Shown here piece after piece: positions 51,700 through 64,000 of a stretch of 64,000 bases of DNA. The notes under the pieces were generated by a model. The model was given only the letters and a program-made list of their open reading frames with translations, did no database searches and had not been told where the DNA came from. The DNA lies in contig MNCI01002086.1 in the NCBI GenBank assembly GCA_015680685.1, positions 314,781 through 378,780 of the forward strand, given 5' to 3'. A program made the position numbers and the translations under genes. Each line of letters begins with the position of its first letter. The first letter of the stretch is position 1. The DNA comes from Gnetum montanum. Its lineage: Eukaryota; Plantae; Gnetophyta.

Positions 51700-54545
51700 T
51701 AGAAATGTATGGGATGTATCACATCTAAAAGTTTCAGTTTTATTTTAAAAAAGAATTTAGACATATAGAATACAAGAAAATAATTGAGAAGATAAAGGTT
51801 CATTTCCAATGGGTATATTTGTGTTAAAAAAAATATTATAAACATTCATATTGGCTAGATGTCATATTTGTCCTAGAGAAGATAAGTGGTTTGTTGATCT
51901 TGAGCATTCTTGGTGGAATGATTTGAAAATAAAAAATACTAATGTCTCTTGAACTATAGAGATTATGAAGAATTCTGAAGCTTTTGATTTTTTTTACCTA
52001 ATGATTTATATCAATCAAAAATCTTCCTCTTATTTTTTAGAGTGTTGAAAGCTAAATTGTTGGTAACATTGGCACAATTCAAAGGATAGAGTCAAAAACA
52101 TTACTACATGGTATGTGCGCTACACATGTTATTTTGTAAAGATTGATTTACAACAAAAATAGATAGAATTAAAACTCAAGGTTGGTAATTAGTATTTTTT
52201 CCAAAAAATTACATATTATAATTTGTGAGGATGTTGCATCTATTGTTGTTTATTGGAATATGTCCTATTCTCAATAAAAAAGTTGTTTATGAGGAAAAGA
52301 AACAACGATTTTCAAAAAAAAAGGTAAATAATGGTAGTTTTCAATAGCCACAAACAAAATCTTCTTCAACAAGTTCTCAACCTTTTATTAATCCTTTTAA
52401 TTCTAAAGATGCCTTGACATTTAAAGAGAATTTCTCATTAGAAAAAAAAATCTTTCAACAAGGACCAACAATGAAAATACTAATGTAGATAGATTTCACT
52501 TAGTACAACATAAAAGAAAAGGTCCGAAAATACTACTTTCAATATAAAAACCTCATAGATATCTCATTTTCTTTCTAGTTTTACTACTATTTTAAGTATT
52601 TTTTAAGAAGACAATGCTTTTTCCCTTATTAATAACATGGGTTGTGTGATAAATGTTGAGCTTGAAAAATCAAGGATTGGGGCCACCTCTCCCACATCTT
52701 ACTGTTAGTTTCTGATAGGTGCCAAGCAAAGATTGTTGGGGAGTATCTTTCAAATCAACATTTATCTTTAGAGTTTTTTTCCTACAAGAAATTAAGATTT
52801 CAACTCATGATGTTAATTTTTTTAGTAAACACATTTTAAAAACTTGCATTGTTTTTTCTATTGCTCATGAAGTTAATAAAGGAGATGTTACTATTTTTGT
52901 TAATAAAACTTGGATTGGAAAAGTTTTGGATTCTAATTTTGGCAACCTTTGAAAGAGTTATTTGGATTATTTGTCATAGGGAAAAAGGTAACTTTGGACA
53001 TTATAATGTTTATGCCCTTAATAATTCAAAAGATTAATCAGAGGTTTAGAAATATCTTCTATCTTTGCCTAAAGTTTCTTGGATTTTTGGATGTGATTTC
53101 AATATAGTTGAAAGTCATTTAGATAAACTTGATGATCTTCCTCCTAGCACGTCTTCTAAAGAAAAAGAAGATTGGTGCAATTTTAAAGAAAAATATTTTA
53201 TTGCTAATGTTAGCTCTTTATTCCCATCTCATTCAAATGAAAAGCATTAAAGTTGGTGTAATTATCAATAAGGAAATGATAGAATTTATTATTAACTTGA
53301 TAGATTTTACATCTCTAATATTTCCTTTTGAAAGCCTACAAGGAAAGTAGAAGTGCATACAAATGCTACTTCATGAGATCATTTTCCTATTATCATTTTT
53401 CTCTCTAATATTAATTTTTCATCCTTTCAAAAGCATGATCTTTTTTATATAAATGCTAATATGTTCATAGGACCTAGTAGAAAAGATATTTTGAAGTCTT
53501 TATGGAATACATAAAAAAGATTACTAGTGATATTAATTGGATTGACTAGTATCAACAAACTACTTGTAGAGTTAAATTATGCTCGATGGTTTAGAATGCA
53601 ATTTGCTAAGGGTAAACATCAAGTTGAAGAAGATTTTGCAAAATATGTAAAGAAAATATAAACTTTTTTTAGATCAAACTACCTTTAATTTTGAAACTCA
53701 AAAAGCCTTGACTAAAGCTTGTTATACTAAACAATGTTGGGATACTTTTAAATCTAAAAGTGCTCTCACTCAAATTCGCATGTGTTGGCTAAGCCTTGAA
53801 GATGAACCTTGTAAAGAATTTTTTAAATTTCTAAACGGAAAGGATCATGTACCTAAACTAGGATCACTTTATATAAATGATTCCATCATTAAAGATCCTG
53901 ATACTATTAACATTTTTTTGGAAAATCATTTTTCTTCTAGTTTTTCTTTTAAAGGTTTTAGCAAGAAATCCTTTCAAGCCTCTAGTATGCATAATCCTCA
54001 TCTTATTACAAAAATGCATCAAAGTATTCTTGAAATAAAAATTACAGCAGAATAAATCAAAGTAATGACATTTAATTTAGTAGATGGTAAAGCTCTAGGT
54101 TTTGATGGTTTTCCTATTGAATTTTTTAAGAAGCATTGGAACATCGTTGGAAATTATCTCTTTCATGTTTTTCAAGAAGTCATTTAAAAAGTTTCTCTTA
54201 GTAGAAATATTAATAAAGGTGTGATTTTTCTTCTTCTTAAGAATGAAGATCTATTACATATTAGTAATTGGAGGCCTATTACTCTTCTTAAAAATACTTA
54301 TAAAATTTTAGCTAAATGCATGGCTTGCCAAATTCAAAAGGCTATTGAAGATATTATCAACCGTGAGCAAACTAGTTTCATTAAAGATAGACATATCTTA
54401 AATAATATTATTGCAGCTTGGGAGGGAATATATGGGCTTCTAATAATAAACAAGACATTGCTTTTATTAAGTTAGATTATGCCAAATCTTATGATAGGAT
54501 TGAATAGAATTTCATTATCTTTTATCTTTATAAACATGAATTTAG
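51700..54545 (+). mobile_element. Decayed L1-clade LINE (ORF1 remnant; ORF2 endonuclease and start of RT), 3'-truncated
   Basis: APE motifs FLQEIK, NVYA, WIFGCDFNIV, LDRFY, DHFPI. RT motifs KALGFDGFPIEFFKKHW, NWRPITLLKNTYKILAK, EQTSFIKDRHI, LDYAKSYDRIE. Confidence 0.85.
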
Positions 54546-54781
54546 TGATAAGACAACATCATCTAGGAACAATATGGCTAATAAAACATCACCTACCATA
54601 TACCTCATTGTGAATTAAACCATATGCATTAAATTTGCTAACTCATGTGGAAAGACAACAATCGTGAACTCTAACCCATTACTTGCATAATCACATTACC
54701 TTGTTTATGGAATTCAATTGGGATCGTGTGTAAACACTTGTATCTCATATGGTTGGGTGTTGGATACTCCACTGCTCATCA
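54546..54781 (+). repeat. Athila-type LTR 3'-end fragment truncating the LINE
   Basis: TATGGTTGGGTGTTGGATACTCCACTGCTCATCA matches the end of the element C LTRs. Confidence 0.55.
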
Positions 54782-55019
54782 TCTAGCTAAGAGAGTATTG
54801 ATGTATTGTAGAGAATTATTAATCATAAAAGAACTCATTTACAAAGTTCATTTGTACCAACTGAAAGAGTTCTGCTGGTGGATTCGTGCACCTAAGTGAT
54901 GTTTTTATAGGTTGGCATGCACCTTGTGATATCATTTATACGAGAACATATCATGAGATATGATAATGTACCTACAACATTGTAACTATGATATTGTTAT
55001 GGACAAACTTGTGGCCTTA

Positions 55020-58000
55020 TTATATCCCCAAAATTAACTAAAAACTTGTCCTTAAGTTAAAAAATGAGGATAGAGTTCTTTACAAAATTGGGAGGTAGAT
55101 TTACATGACACTAACTACTCTATACATGACTCTTGAGTGTCGCAATGGTGTTTTACAAAAATGACATATTCATGACATGACAAACTCTACAATACAAAAA
55201 CAAAATTTGGTGAAGCTAGTGTAGCGACCGAAAACATTGGTGGCTGGAAAACATCGAGAGGTTGTCGGGTGAACAGTCTCAACCCCAAATTCGTGCCAGG
55301 GCTGTGCTGGATACAACGGAAGCAGGGCACCCTGAATGGTCTGGTCGATCAAATAGGGACTTAGTTGATGTTACTTAACCTTTGGTAAACGTTGTTTTAA
55401 GCACAAAATACATGAAATCTAGCCGATGATTGATAAATGAAATGATAAAGAAAATGATGCTGAACAATGATAACAATGAAGAAATAGCAAAATAACTAGG
55501 ATAAGAAAATACAACACCGCAAAGTCGCAGGTTCGATTCTCTTCTTTGCTTGAAAGTGTATATCAAGTTATACAATGCTGGAGATGCACAGAGGATCCGA
55601 GAATGACAGGAACGCTCAAAATGGCTCAAGTATGTTTTTGAGTATAAGCTTAAGAGCCAACAATAGAAAGTGCCAACAAGAAAAAAAAGTTAATGCCAAG
55701 TGCCAACGATAAAAGTGCCAACTGCTAAAATTCACTAACAGATTGCCAATTCTCCAACCAATGTCAATAATGCTCAAGATTGCCCAAAATCACCAATCAA
55801 ATGTTTGCCAACAGATGCCTTATTTGCCAACAAAATTTTCCAACTGCTAAAATTTGCCAACTACTAAAATTCGCTAACAGATTTCCAATTCGCCAACCAA
55901 TGTCAACAATGCTCAAGATTGCCCAAAATCACCAATCAAATGTTTGCCAACAGATGTCTTCTTTGCCAACAAAATTTTCCAACCACTAAAATTTGCCAAC
56001 CCTTTGAGCGTTTCTTGTCGGGGTATTTATAGGGCTAGGAGCATGCGAGAGATGTGGTTTATATGTCATGTGTCTTGGACCCAAAGATGCTGACGTGTCC
56101 ATACTACATGAACATGCAAAGCTAGTTGTGAACTATCATGCTTCAATTACACTGTTGAAACTTAAGATGCTGGAATCAAATATGCCAAAAATGCAAACGA
56201 GGAATGAGGTACACTGAAGTAGCGTAGCTACCTACTATGCTATGTAGCGTAGCACGTTGGCGTAGAGTAGCCGCCAGTTTGAAAAAGAAATTTGTGTTAA
56301 AGTCAACTACATCTGCTGGAAGCTTCGGTGCAAGTCGGGTCAACTTTTGAAGCACTTTGTTGAATTTTCATCTCTGCTACACTACGCTATGCTATGTAGC
56401 GTAGCATAGCGTAGCAGTTGACATCATTTGTGACCCGTGTTGACATTGCAAACACTTGCTTGGAGCTTTGATTATGCTAATAACCACATATTTTGCTTTT
56501 GCGAAGGGGAGAATTCAAACTTGTTGATCTTGCATTTGAGATACCTTTTGCTTTTCTTGCATCGTCACTATGCTATGCTACGCTATGTAGTGTAGCAGCC
56601 AGCGCATCCTGCTTTTTTCTTAATTTGATACTTTCCGATGAGAAGCTTTTCTAAGGACTTGAAGTTAAACAAGGCAACTAGTTTTGAAGGATGGAGTGCT
56701 TGCTGAGTGCAATTGGAATCACTAGGTAAGCTAGCCCTTTCTATTTTGCCTTTGCTACACTGTGCTACATTGCATAGCGTAGCATCTTATTTTGCAAAAA
56801 TTTGGTTGCCTGAGCAACTGTTTTCTGAGGCCTTCTACACTACATAGCATAGCGTAGCATAGAAAACTTCTTTGCTAGAAAACTTGCCGAACTATTTTGT
56901 GCATCCTGAGCACTGTCGACAACTCCAAGCATGGTTTTTGAATAGACTGTCAGCCGAGCAAAACACCCAGGTGGGCAAGTCAGAGAGTCCATCAGGCCTG
57001 TCAGCCCTAAAGGTAGAAAACTTGTTGGACTGAACAGTCTAAACTTAGTGCATTCACTTTTGCCAATACTGTTATGAGGCTCCACTTGTGAAAATGTTTT
57101 CCTCATTTCCAAGACCCTGGTGAAGCAAGAGTGCCTTGAAATTTTAGGGTGTTTCAACTAGATGTAGCCTTATGTTGTTCTAGGTGGCAGTGGCTCTTCC
57201 ATTGGTTGCTTCTCCTTATCATGAGGCTTCTAAAATATGTATCAATTTAGGAGCACTTGAAGTTTTTCTTCTTATATTCTAGGACCATGAACCATTCATG
57301 TTGATGAACCAATGTTTGATGGAGTTGGCACATCCCACAGACATGGTAGTGGTGGAAACATATGATTAGCTTTAACATACCATGCTGCAAATTATTGCAT
57401 TTTTTCTTCAAAAGCTTTGGCCTTCTCTCTTAATTCATGGTAATCTATTAATCTTTTGGATAGGTTCATTGCTACATTATTTTTTCCCATGGTAGCTAGC
57501 CTTAACTACTTCTAGCTCTGAGTTTGCTAATTGAATTTTTTGTAAAGCATCCTTACGATCTGCAAACTCCTTCTCATACAAGGTGTATGTGGCTACTACT
57601 TATTGTTCAAGCTTACTTTTTGGCCTACTTGCTATCAACATCACCAAGTTAGCATAATGGTGGTTTGCTAACCCCATGTATTCTTTTAAGTCCTCTATTT
57701 GCAAGTCTTTATTTTTCACTTTCGCTTTATAGGTGTGGGTCATGTTGTCCAAGATGGGTTTCCGTTCTAGATTTTGTGCTGACATGGAATTAATTTTGGA
57801 ATTTGCCATCTAGATCTCTTTCTCATTGATTTGTTTATACATTCCCACCTAATCTCAAAAGTGTTCCTTGAGCTATTCATGCTTCTTTGTCTCATTTTGC
57901 CATGCGTTAATCTTGATGGTTGACTTCTGTCAAAGGATGCATACCTTCTCCATGGAGAGGCTCATGTTTTCTTTTGTGAGGTGACTCATATTTAGGTTGA

Positions 58001-60500
58001 CCCTCACCAAGTATTCCCTTAGTTGGTGGATGCTTTCTTCCAAAATATTCTTCTATTTTTCAATAGTGGTTAATCGCATGTTATCTGCAGTGAGTTTTTT
58101 ATTTTCCTCTTGTAAGGTAGCAAGTGCTTTAGCATGGGCATATGTTTGGGCTTTGGTGATTGAAGCATTCCATACTATCATTTCTTTCTCATTCTCCATT
58201 TCTTTATTGTTCTTAAGGAGGTAACTTCTCTTCTTAGTTCTAAATTATGCTAGTTGGATCTCTTTTTTTTTTTTTTGCTCCTAGGGCTATGAGCTCTTCT
58301 TATAATCTATGAAGTTTATTCTCAGTATCCTTTGCCCTAGTTTTAACCATGATCAGTTTTCCTTTGGTGATAATTAATTCAGACTATGTTGCAATGACAT
58401 AACTAGCAATGTTGAAGAGATTTGTCATAACCTATCCTATCTACAATAGTCTATCTAACACATCTTCATGTTCTACAAGATTCATAAAGGTACTAGCTAA
58501 TATTTGAGCATCATTAGTTCCATAAATGTCAGCTGGCAACACAACAGGTACATTGAATTATTCTTTAATATACTTTGTGATCACTTTTGCAATTTCCATT
58601 GCATCATGATGCTGCATGACCATAGCTGTGGCTCCTTTTCTAGATTAGAGCACCACTCGAAATGATGCGACGTTCTCAGAAATCTATTTTGATCACTAGG
58701 CCTCTCCTCCTAACTACAATGATATTTTTCCATTGGCAAGATTTTTTGAGATGATTGACTTAACTGCATCATCAATTACTTTAAATAAATTGGCCTCTTC
58801 CCTACTTCCCCAACTGATGGTTTCTGCAATTTTCTGTAGATGACTCATTGAAGGTCTATAATCTTATGGTGGTAGTGGTGGAACTTTTGGTTATTGCTGT
58901 TGTTGTCCTATGGTTTGGGTAGTCTCTTCAGTACCTATTGTTCTTCTATTTGGTCCTTTTTGGGAGGCACAATCTTAAGAATTTTAGCATAGGAAACATT
59001 TTGTACCTATCTTAACACATCATTTGTATACCTTAAGATGCCAACTCATTTGAATAACTTCTAGATAAGGCAAGGGAATGGAAGTGTTAACTTTCTTGCC
59101 TTCTTCTTCTTGAACTACCTTTGGATTTCTATGAAGTAGAGGTAAGCGATGTTCACATTGAACTTTCCCATTAATATTACGTTACCTCTAGTCACATATG
59201 TAAAGATTTAGTTAATCTCTTGGTAGAAAATAGGTGATAAGTGCTAATTTTAAAATAGATCTTTTCTTCTACAGTCAATTCACTATATTCTTTATTGTCC
59301 TTGTCATAGGTTCATTTCAACCACAATTTCCAAGCATCTTTGTTAGATCTTGTTGATATCTGTGCCACCTTTTCTCCTTCATTGGGTACATTTTGTACCT
59401 CTAAAATTGCCTTAACTGAGTATGACATTGAAATTCCTTCAGTTTTTAATCCAGCATCTACTTCTCGATTCTACCAAAACTAGAGTGTGTCTCCTAAATA
59501 CCACTCCCCATTTGTTGTCAGATTAGGCTAGAAAGGAGATGACTGAAGTTGGGCCTTAACACCTTCAAGAGAAAATTCCAAAAATGGACCAAAGTTAGGT
59601 TCCATAATTACTATTGACATGATGAATTTTTTCTAAATAGCCTGAAAGCATTCAAGTGATAGTGTGAGTTGTTGTCCCTAGATGGGCTCTTGTGGAATGT
59701 ATACTTCTACTTGAGTAGATTGCTTTGTGGTAGGAGTTTGTTGATGAATATTGAAGGATTGTGCCTTCTTCTCTCCTTGTTCTACTTGTGGTTTTTTCTT
59801 GCTCACTTATCCTCTTCCACTACCTCCTAGTCTTTTGCTTGCTGGTTGTGGAAGTTCTCCTTATGCTCCTCTTTTTGGGACCATCTACAATCAATTAAGG
59901 GTTTGGAACTACTAGAGTATTCTCATAAATGAGTTACAATTTGGTTACTCATATCCTTAGTTATATCAAGTTCTTAGTTCATTATGATTGTAGAGTTAGA
60001 AAAAGCTTTTCAAGAACAACCTCATTAGTACTTTTCTATGGCATAAAATAAGTGGTATGATCAATTAGGGGTCTTCTTAAAGCTGTTTTGGATTTCACAT
60101 AAGTTATTTTCTTTAAAAAATTCTTGATATGTCCCCTTAAACTTAACCTTATAATACCTTCAAGTTGTTAGAAATTTCAAAAAATTGACTTAAATTTTCC
60201 TTACTAACACCCCTCCTATGACTAAGATGATCACTCTAGGATCATGTAGATTCAAACATCACAACACTTAAAGTAAGAATACACAAGTTATGGGCACTAG
60301 AAGATGGGGTGTTAGAGTGTTGAGTGGCAAAGAAAAATTGACAACAGTTCTTCTTATATGCATTGATGCATAAATTTTGGACACATCAACATCCAGAAAA
60401 ACTTGTTTAGGGGGATTATTGCTTAGGATGCCTCATGTATGGGTACAGAAACATAGGAATAGTATTAGTTGAAAAGAAAAATGTAACGTTAAATGATTAA
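55020..60500 (-). mobile_element. Athila-like relic (3'UTR/PPT and decayed extra ORF ~57170-59884), interrupted by solo LTR D
   Basis: 55040-55100 is the reverse complement of the element C pre-LTR region (43690-43746). Coiled-coil-like peptide fragments occur on the minus strand (57600-57809). Confidence 0.45.
55220..57156 (-). mobile_element. Solo LTR D of the element B family (1937 bp)
   Basis: TGTAGCGACC…GGGTGTTTCA termini, colinear with the B LTRs. TSD GCTAG/ACTAG (1 mismatch). No PBS or PPT. Confidence 0.9.
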
Positions 60501-61125
60501 ATGGGGATCCTATCCCCTCATCATCATGCATAACCATCATTTTCTACTATTTGTGGTTACTTTGTAGCTTTTTTGCTACTGGTGGCACCCACTGCTGGGT
60601 AGAAAACCCTATTTCCAAAGGGATGAAAACCTCGTTGTGTAGGGACATGCTACCTATAGCTACTGATTTCCACCTGCATGCTCATGCTGCCCATCGTAGT
60701 TACTACCACCTGCATGATTGACACCTACAACATGCTAGCCGATCACTACAATAGATGCTGCTACCATAGGTATTATTAGTCTGTCACTCGCACACCACCA
60801 CATGCCACCATTGGTCATCACAAACGCTTCCATTGTCACATGCATGTTGCTTCCTAATGTTAACACACATGTGTAGCTACTGTACTTGCCTACTATTGTC
60901 CACTAGCTACAATGCAACTATTTGCATTGAGTGTTGTTGTTGTTCACTCTACCACACACGTTGCCTACTACTAATGATTGGTTGGCATGTGCTGTGCATC
61001 ATCTACTACTCACCACTCATAGATGCTACCACTATGCTGCATGATCACCTATAGCTGATGCTTCATTGTTCATGCCTGCTACTATTCGAGTTGCTGCTGC
61101 ACATGCATTTGTTTGTGCTACCTGG

Positions 61126-64000
61126 TGAAACCCCCTAAAAAAATTGCTCCAGGCCTTGCAATTCACGCAACACCACGATAGTTGTTCGGGAGGAGAACGC
61201 TCTGAATTCAGGCTGGATAGTTCAGCAAATTTTCTACTTTGGGTGTAAATAGGCTCTACAGGTCATCCTACCTCTCCACCTAAGTAGCCTACCCAGCCGA
61301 CAGCCTTCTCAGAAATGGTGTGCAGAGTTGGCAGCGACATTCTGGATGCATGAAATAGTTTGGAAATTTTTCTAAGTCGTGAAGTCTGCTACGCTACACT
61401 ATGCCTCGCTATGTAGCGTAGCAAGCTTCAGAAGACGATTGTAGAATGAAGTGCGTTGCCACACTACGCTATGTAACGTAGCATAGCATGACAACAACTT
61501 TACAGCCAGTCCCTTCGCCCAACTTTAAGTCAGAATATCCCTTTTCATCAGGAAGTGGTGAACCATGTGTGTTGCTACGCTACACTGAGCTACAAGGTGT
61601 AGCAAGGCATAGCAATCCTGTGGAAGAGATAGAAGGTAGCTCAAAGGGCGGAATCAACATGTTTACAAGTCTCATGGAAGGAAAGTTTGCAAATCAACAA
61701 ATTTTTTGCAACTAAGACTAGTTGCTATGCTACGTAGCGTAGCATAGCATAGCAAGCATGCAACACACATGTAGCGGAACACACAACAAGATGCTATGCT
61801 ACGCCAAGCATGCTACGCTACAAAGAATAGTAGGGCATGTGGATGGTTGTGCGACATTAATGCAGTTCACCTAATTGGACTGTTGGCACATGTCTCCAGA
61901 TGCTAATGGTGCAATTACGATGTGGGATGCTTACAGTTACAGCATAACAAGCTCGCATTACAATGGTCTTATAGGTCCAATGGTCATACATGGCACATGT
62001 GGTGCCAGTAAGTCAACATGGGCCTGGGACATGTGGCATCCAAACCACCCCTTTCGCATGCCCTTTAGCCCTATAAATACCCCAATGAGCAGTGCTCAAA
62101 GGGGTGGACTATCTCTAGAGGTTCAAAAAAGCAAGCATCATAACATCGAGCACTGAGCATTGTAAGCTTCCTGTTTGACACTACAAACAGTTAGCATCTT
62201 TAGCTGTCATTTTGTTCTATCTCCCTTTCTACCACCTTGGTAGAATCTCTGCATTGTCAATGCCCAAGGCCATGCCCAAGCGCACAACTTATTTTTCTCT
62301 ATATGTCTTGGTTACTCTCGGGATCTCTGCACTCCGCCACGCTGTGCAACCGACTGTATCCACCTTGACAGAGCAAGCTTGTAGCTTCGAAGTGGTGCAT
62401 TTTTCTAATTGTATTTTACCTTGCTTCCTGCTTATTGTTGCATTTTTACATTATTTTTTTCTGCTTTATTTACTCTCAAGAATTATTTCATGTTTTCGTC
62501 CTCGTTTTCAAAACCATATGTTGCAAAAGGCTATATAGACACCGATCAAGTCCCTGTCTGATTGACCAGACCATTTAGGGTGCCCTGTATCTACACACAC
62601 CCAGCACGGCCCTCCCGCAGGTATGGGGTTGAAACTATCGTGCCTGTCGACCCCTAAATTTTTTCCAGCCATCAACATTTTTGGTCGCTACAGTTTTTTG
62701 GCACTAGAAGCAGGGCCTTTTGGTGCCTTTTTTGCATGTCATGGTAGTTCTGTGAGCCTTCTGCACCTTGATACGCATAAGCATAAATGTGACACCCTTT
62801 TGCGGTTGTTTGCACTTTGTGCGGTGTAGATCGGTCACCTTGACGGTTCCTATGGAGCCCTACAGAACACAAGGCCTCCGATCGCCAGCTAACTAGCTTG
62901 TTTTACGGTAGTCTTGCATGTGTCTATACCCCATCTTGTGTAGTACAGATCGGTCGCTTTGACGGTCCCTTGGGGATCTTGCGAGACATAAAGCCTTCTT
63001 GACCGATAGCTAGCTTTCCCATCTTATGGTAATCTTGCACACATTTTGCATCCTATCGCGCACTAGGATAAACATGATACCCATTTGTGGTTGTTTATGC
63101 CTTGTGTGGTGTAGGTCGGTCACCTCGACGGTTCCTTTGGAATCCAGGAAGACATAAAGCCTCCTTTTTTGCTGTTTTCCAGTTTCCTGGTTCGTTTTTC
63201 ACTCTTTTGCATAACTTTTGCACTTTTTCGCATAACTACTTACTTAATAATGGCTTTTTCAACTACTGTTGCCAATGCCTTCAATGTCGAAGTCCCCATC
63301 ACGGTTCAAGGCACTACTAGTGCCAAACAACCACTGAATTCAATGCTGGAGGCACGACGATCTCTCAGAATCCAAAACCGAGGACCTAAGGGATTGGTCC
63401 AACAACACAAGTGTTACAGTTTCCTCTGTGCAAAGGTGCAGGCCAACCTGCCCTTAGACGTACACGAACTCGAGGATAAGCATAGCTTCGAGTTCACTTA
63501 CTGCAATGGAAAGGAATTTGTTCCTATTCCCAGTGTTTCTTTATCTTTAACATAAGCATATCAAAGGCTTCTAGACCAACTAATCTAGTTGGCTAGGCTT
63601 AGGGAGAAACAAGACATAGCATCCAACTAGGATGACGCTTTCCAAGATGGACAGGAAGAACTCGATTCCCAGTCGGATGAGGGAGGTCTAATCGACCCTG
63701 CTCCTACCCCTTCTCCTCAGTCCTTCTGGGCCAATACGTCATCTGTTACTGCTCCCTTTGTAATTATGCCCATGCTTCTGCAGCCTGCGATTACAGTTGC
63801 TATGGGTAGCCACACCAATTCTACGATGTTTCAATGCCTACTCTCACTTGTTTCATTTGTAGCTACCATCCCTTTGCAGGTTGTTCAGTAGCCCATTCCT
63901 ATGGCACATAACACGCCAACCATGGCTACCCTGCCACATGTTCGTGCCATACCGGCTTCACAAACATACATGACTTCTACCTCTATTCCTACATTCACGT
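61126..64000 (+). mobile_element. 5' end of Tat-type element E (5' LTR 61126-62692, PBS 62699-62716, 5'UTR, gag start ~63250), continuing beyond the window
   Basis: TGAAACCCC…GGTCGCTACA LTR homologous to Y. PBS TGGCACTAGAAGCAGGGC. Gag N-terminus homologous to B (RRSLRIQNRGPKGL, NGKEF, FQDGQEELDSQS). Confidence 0.88.

Noticed and set aside
60560-61125. Cys/His-rich ORF 60833-61054
   Set aside because: Low-complexity, CpG-decayed TE non-coding sequence with no recognisable domain.

Overview
Eukaryotic land-plant DNA from a large, TE-rich genome (the lineage cannot be fixed from this window). One intact host gene is present: a 6-exon clade-I SWEET3-like sugar transporter (48108-49981, +) in a CpG-retaining island of about 5 kb. 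The rest is nested, decayed retroelements. These are six Ty3/gypsy Tat-type LTR elements or fragments (labelled X, Y, A, B, solo-LTR D, E; tRNA-Asn PBS; RT-RH-aRH-INT order seen in B), Athila-type elements (C, with a perfect CCAAG TSD, plus relics), an L1-like LINE and tRNA-derived SINE-like pieces. Main discovery: two diverged Tat elements (A and B) share an unusual layout. In both, gag-protease and the RT-bearing pol are separated by about 6 kb holding an antisense, TATA-driven, roughly 8-exon gene with conserved intron positions. Its reconstructed protein (about 1100 aa) begins with an FCP1/NIF (HAD-fold) phosphatase-like domain that has lost its catalytic aspartates, followed by a TE-type accessory domain, an acidic linker and a coiled-coil. 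Family-specific TACGC-core motifs recur in both the LTRs and this gene's introns, which suggests an element-encoded regulator or anti-silencing system. All domain calls come from motif recognition by eye and need HMM or structure confirmation.
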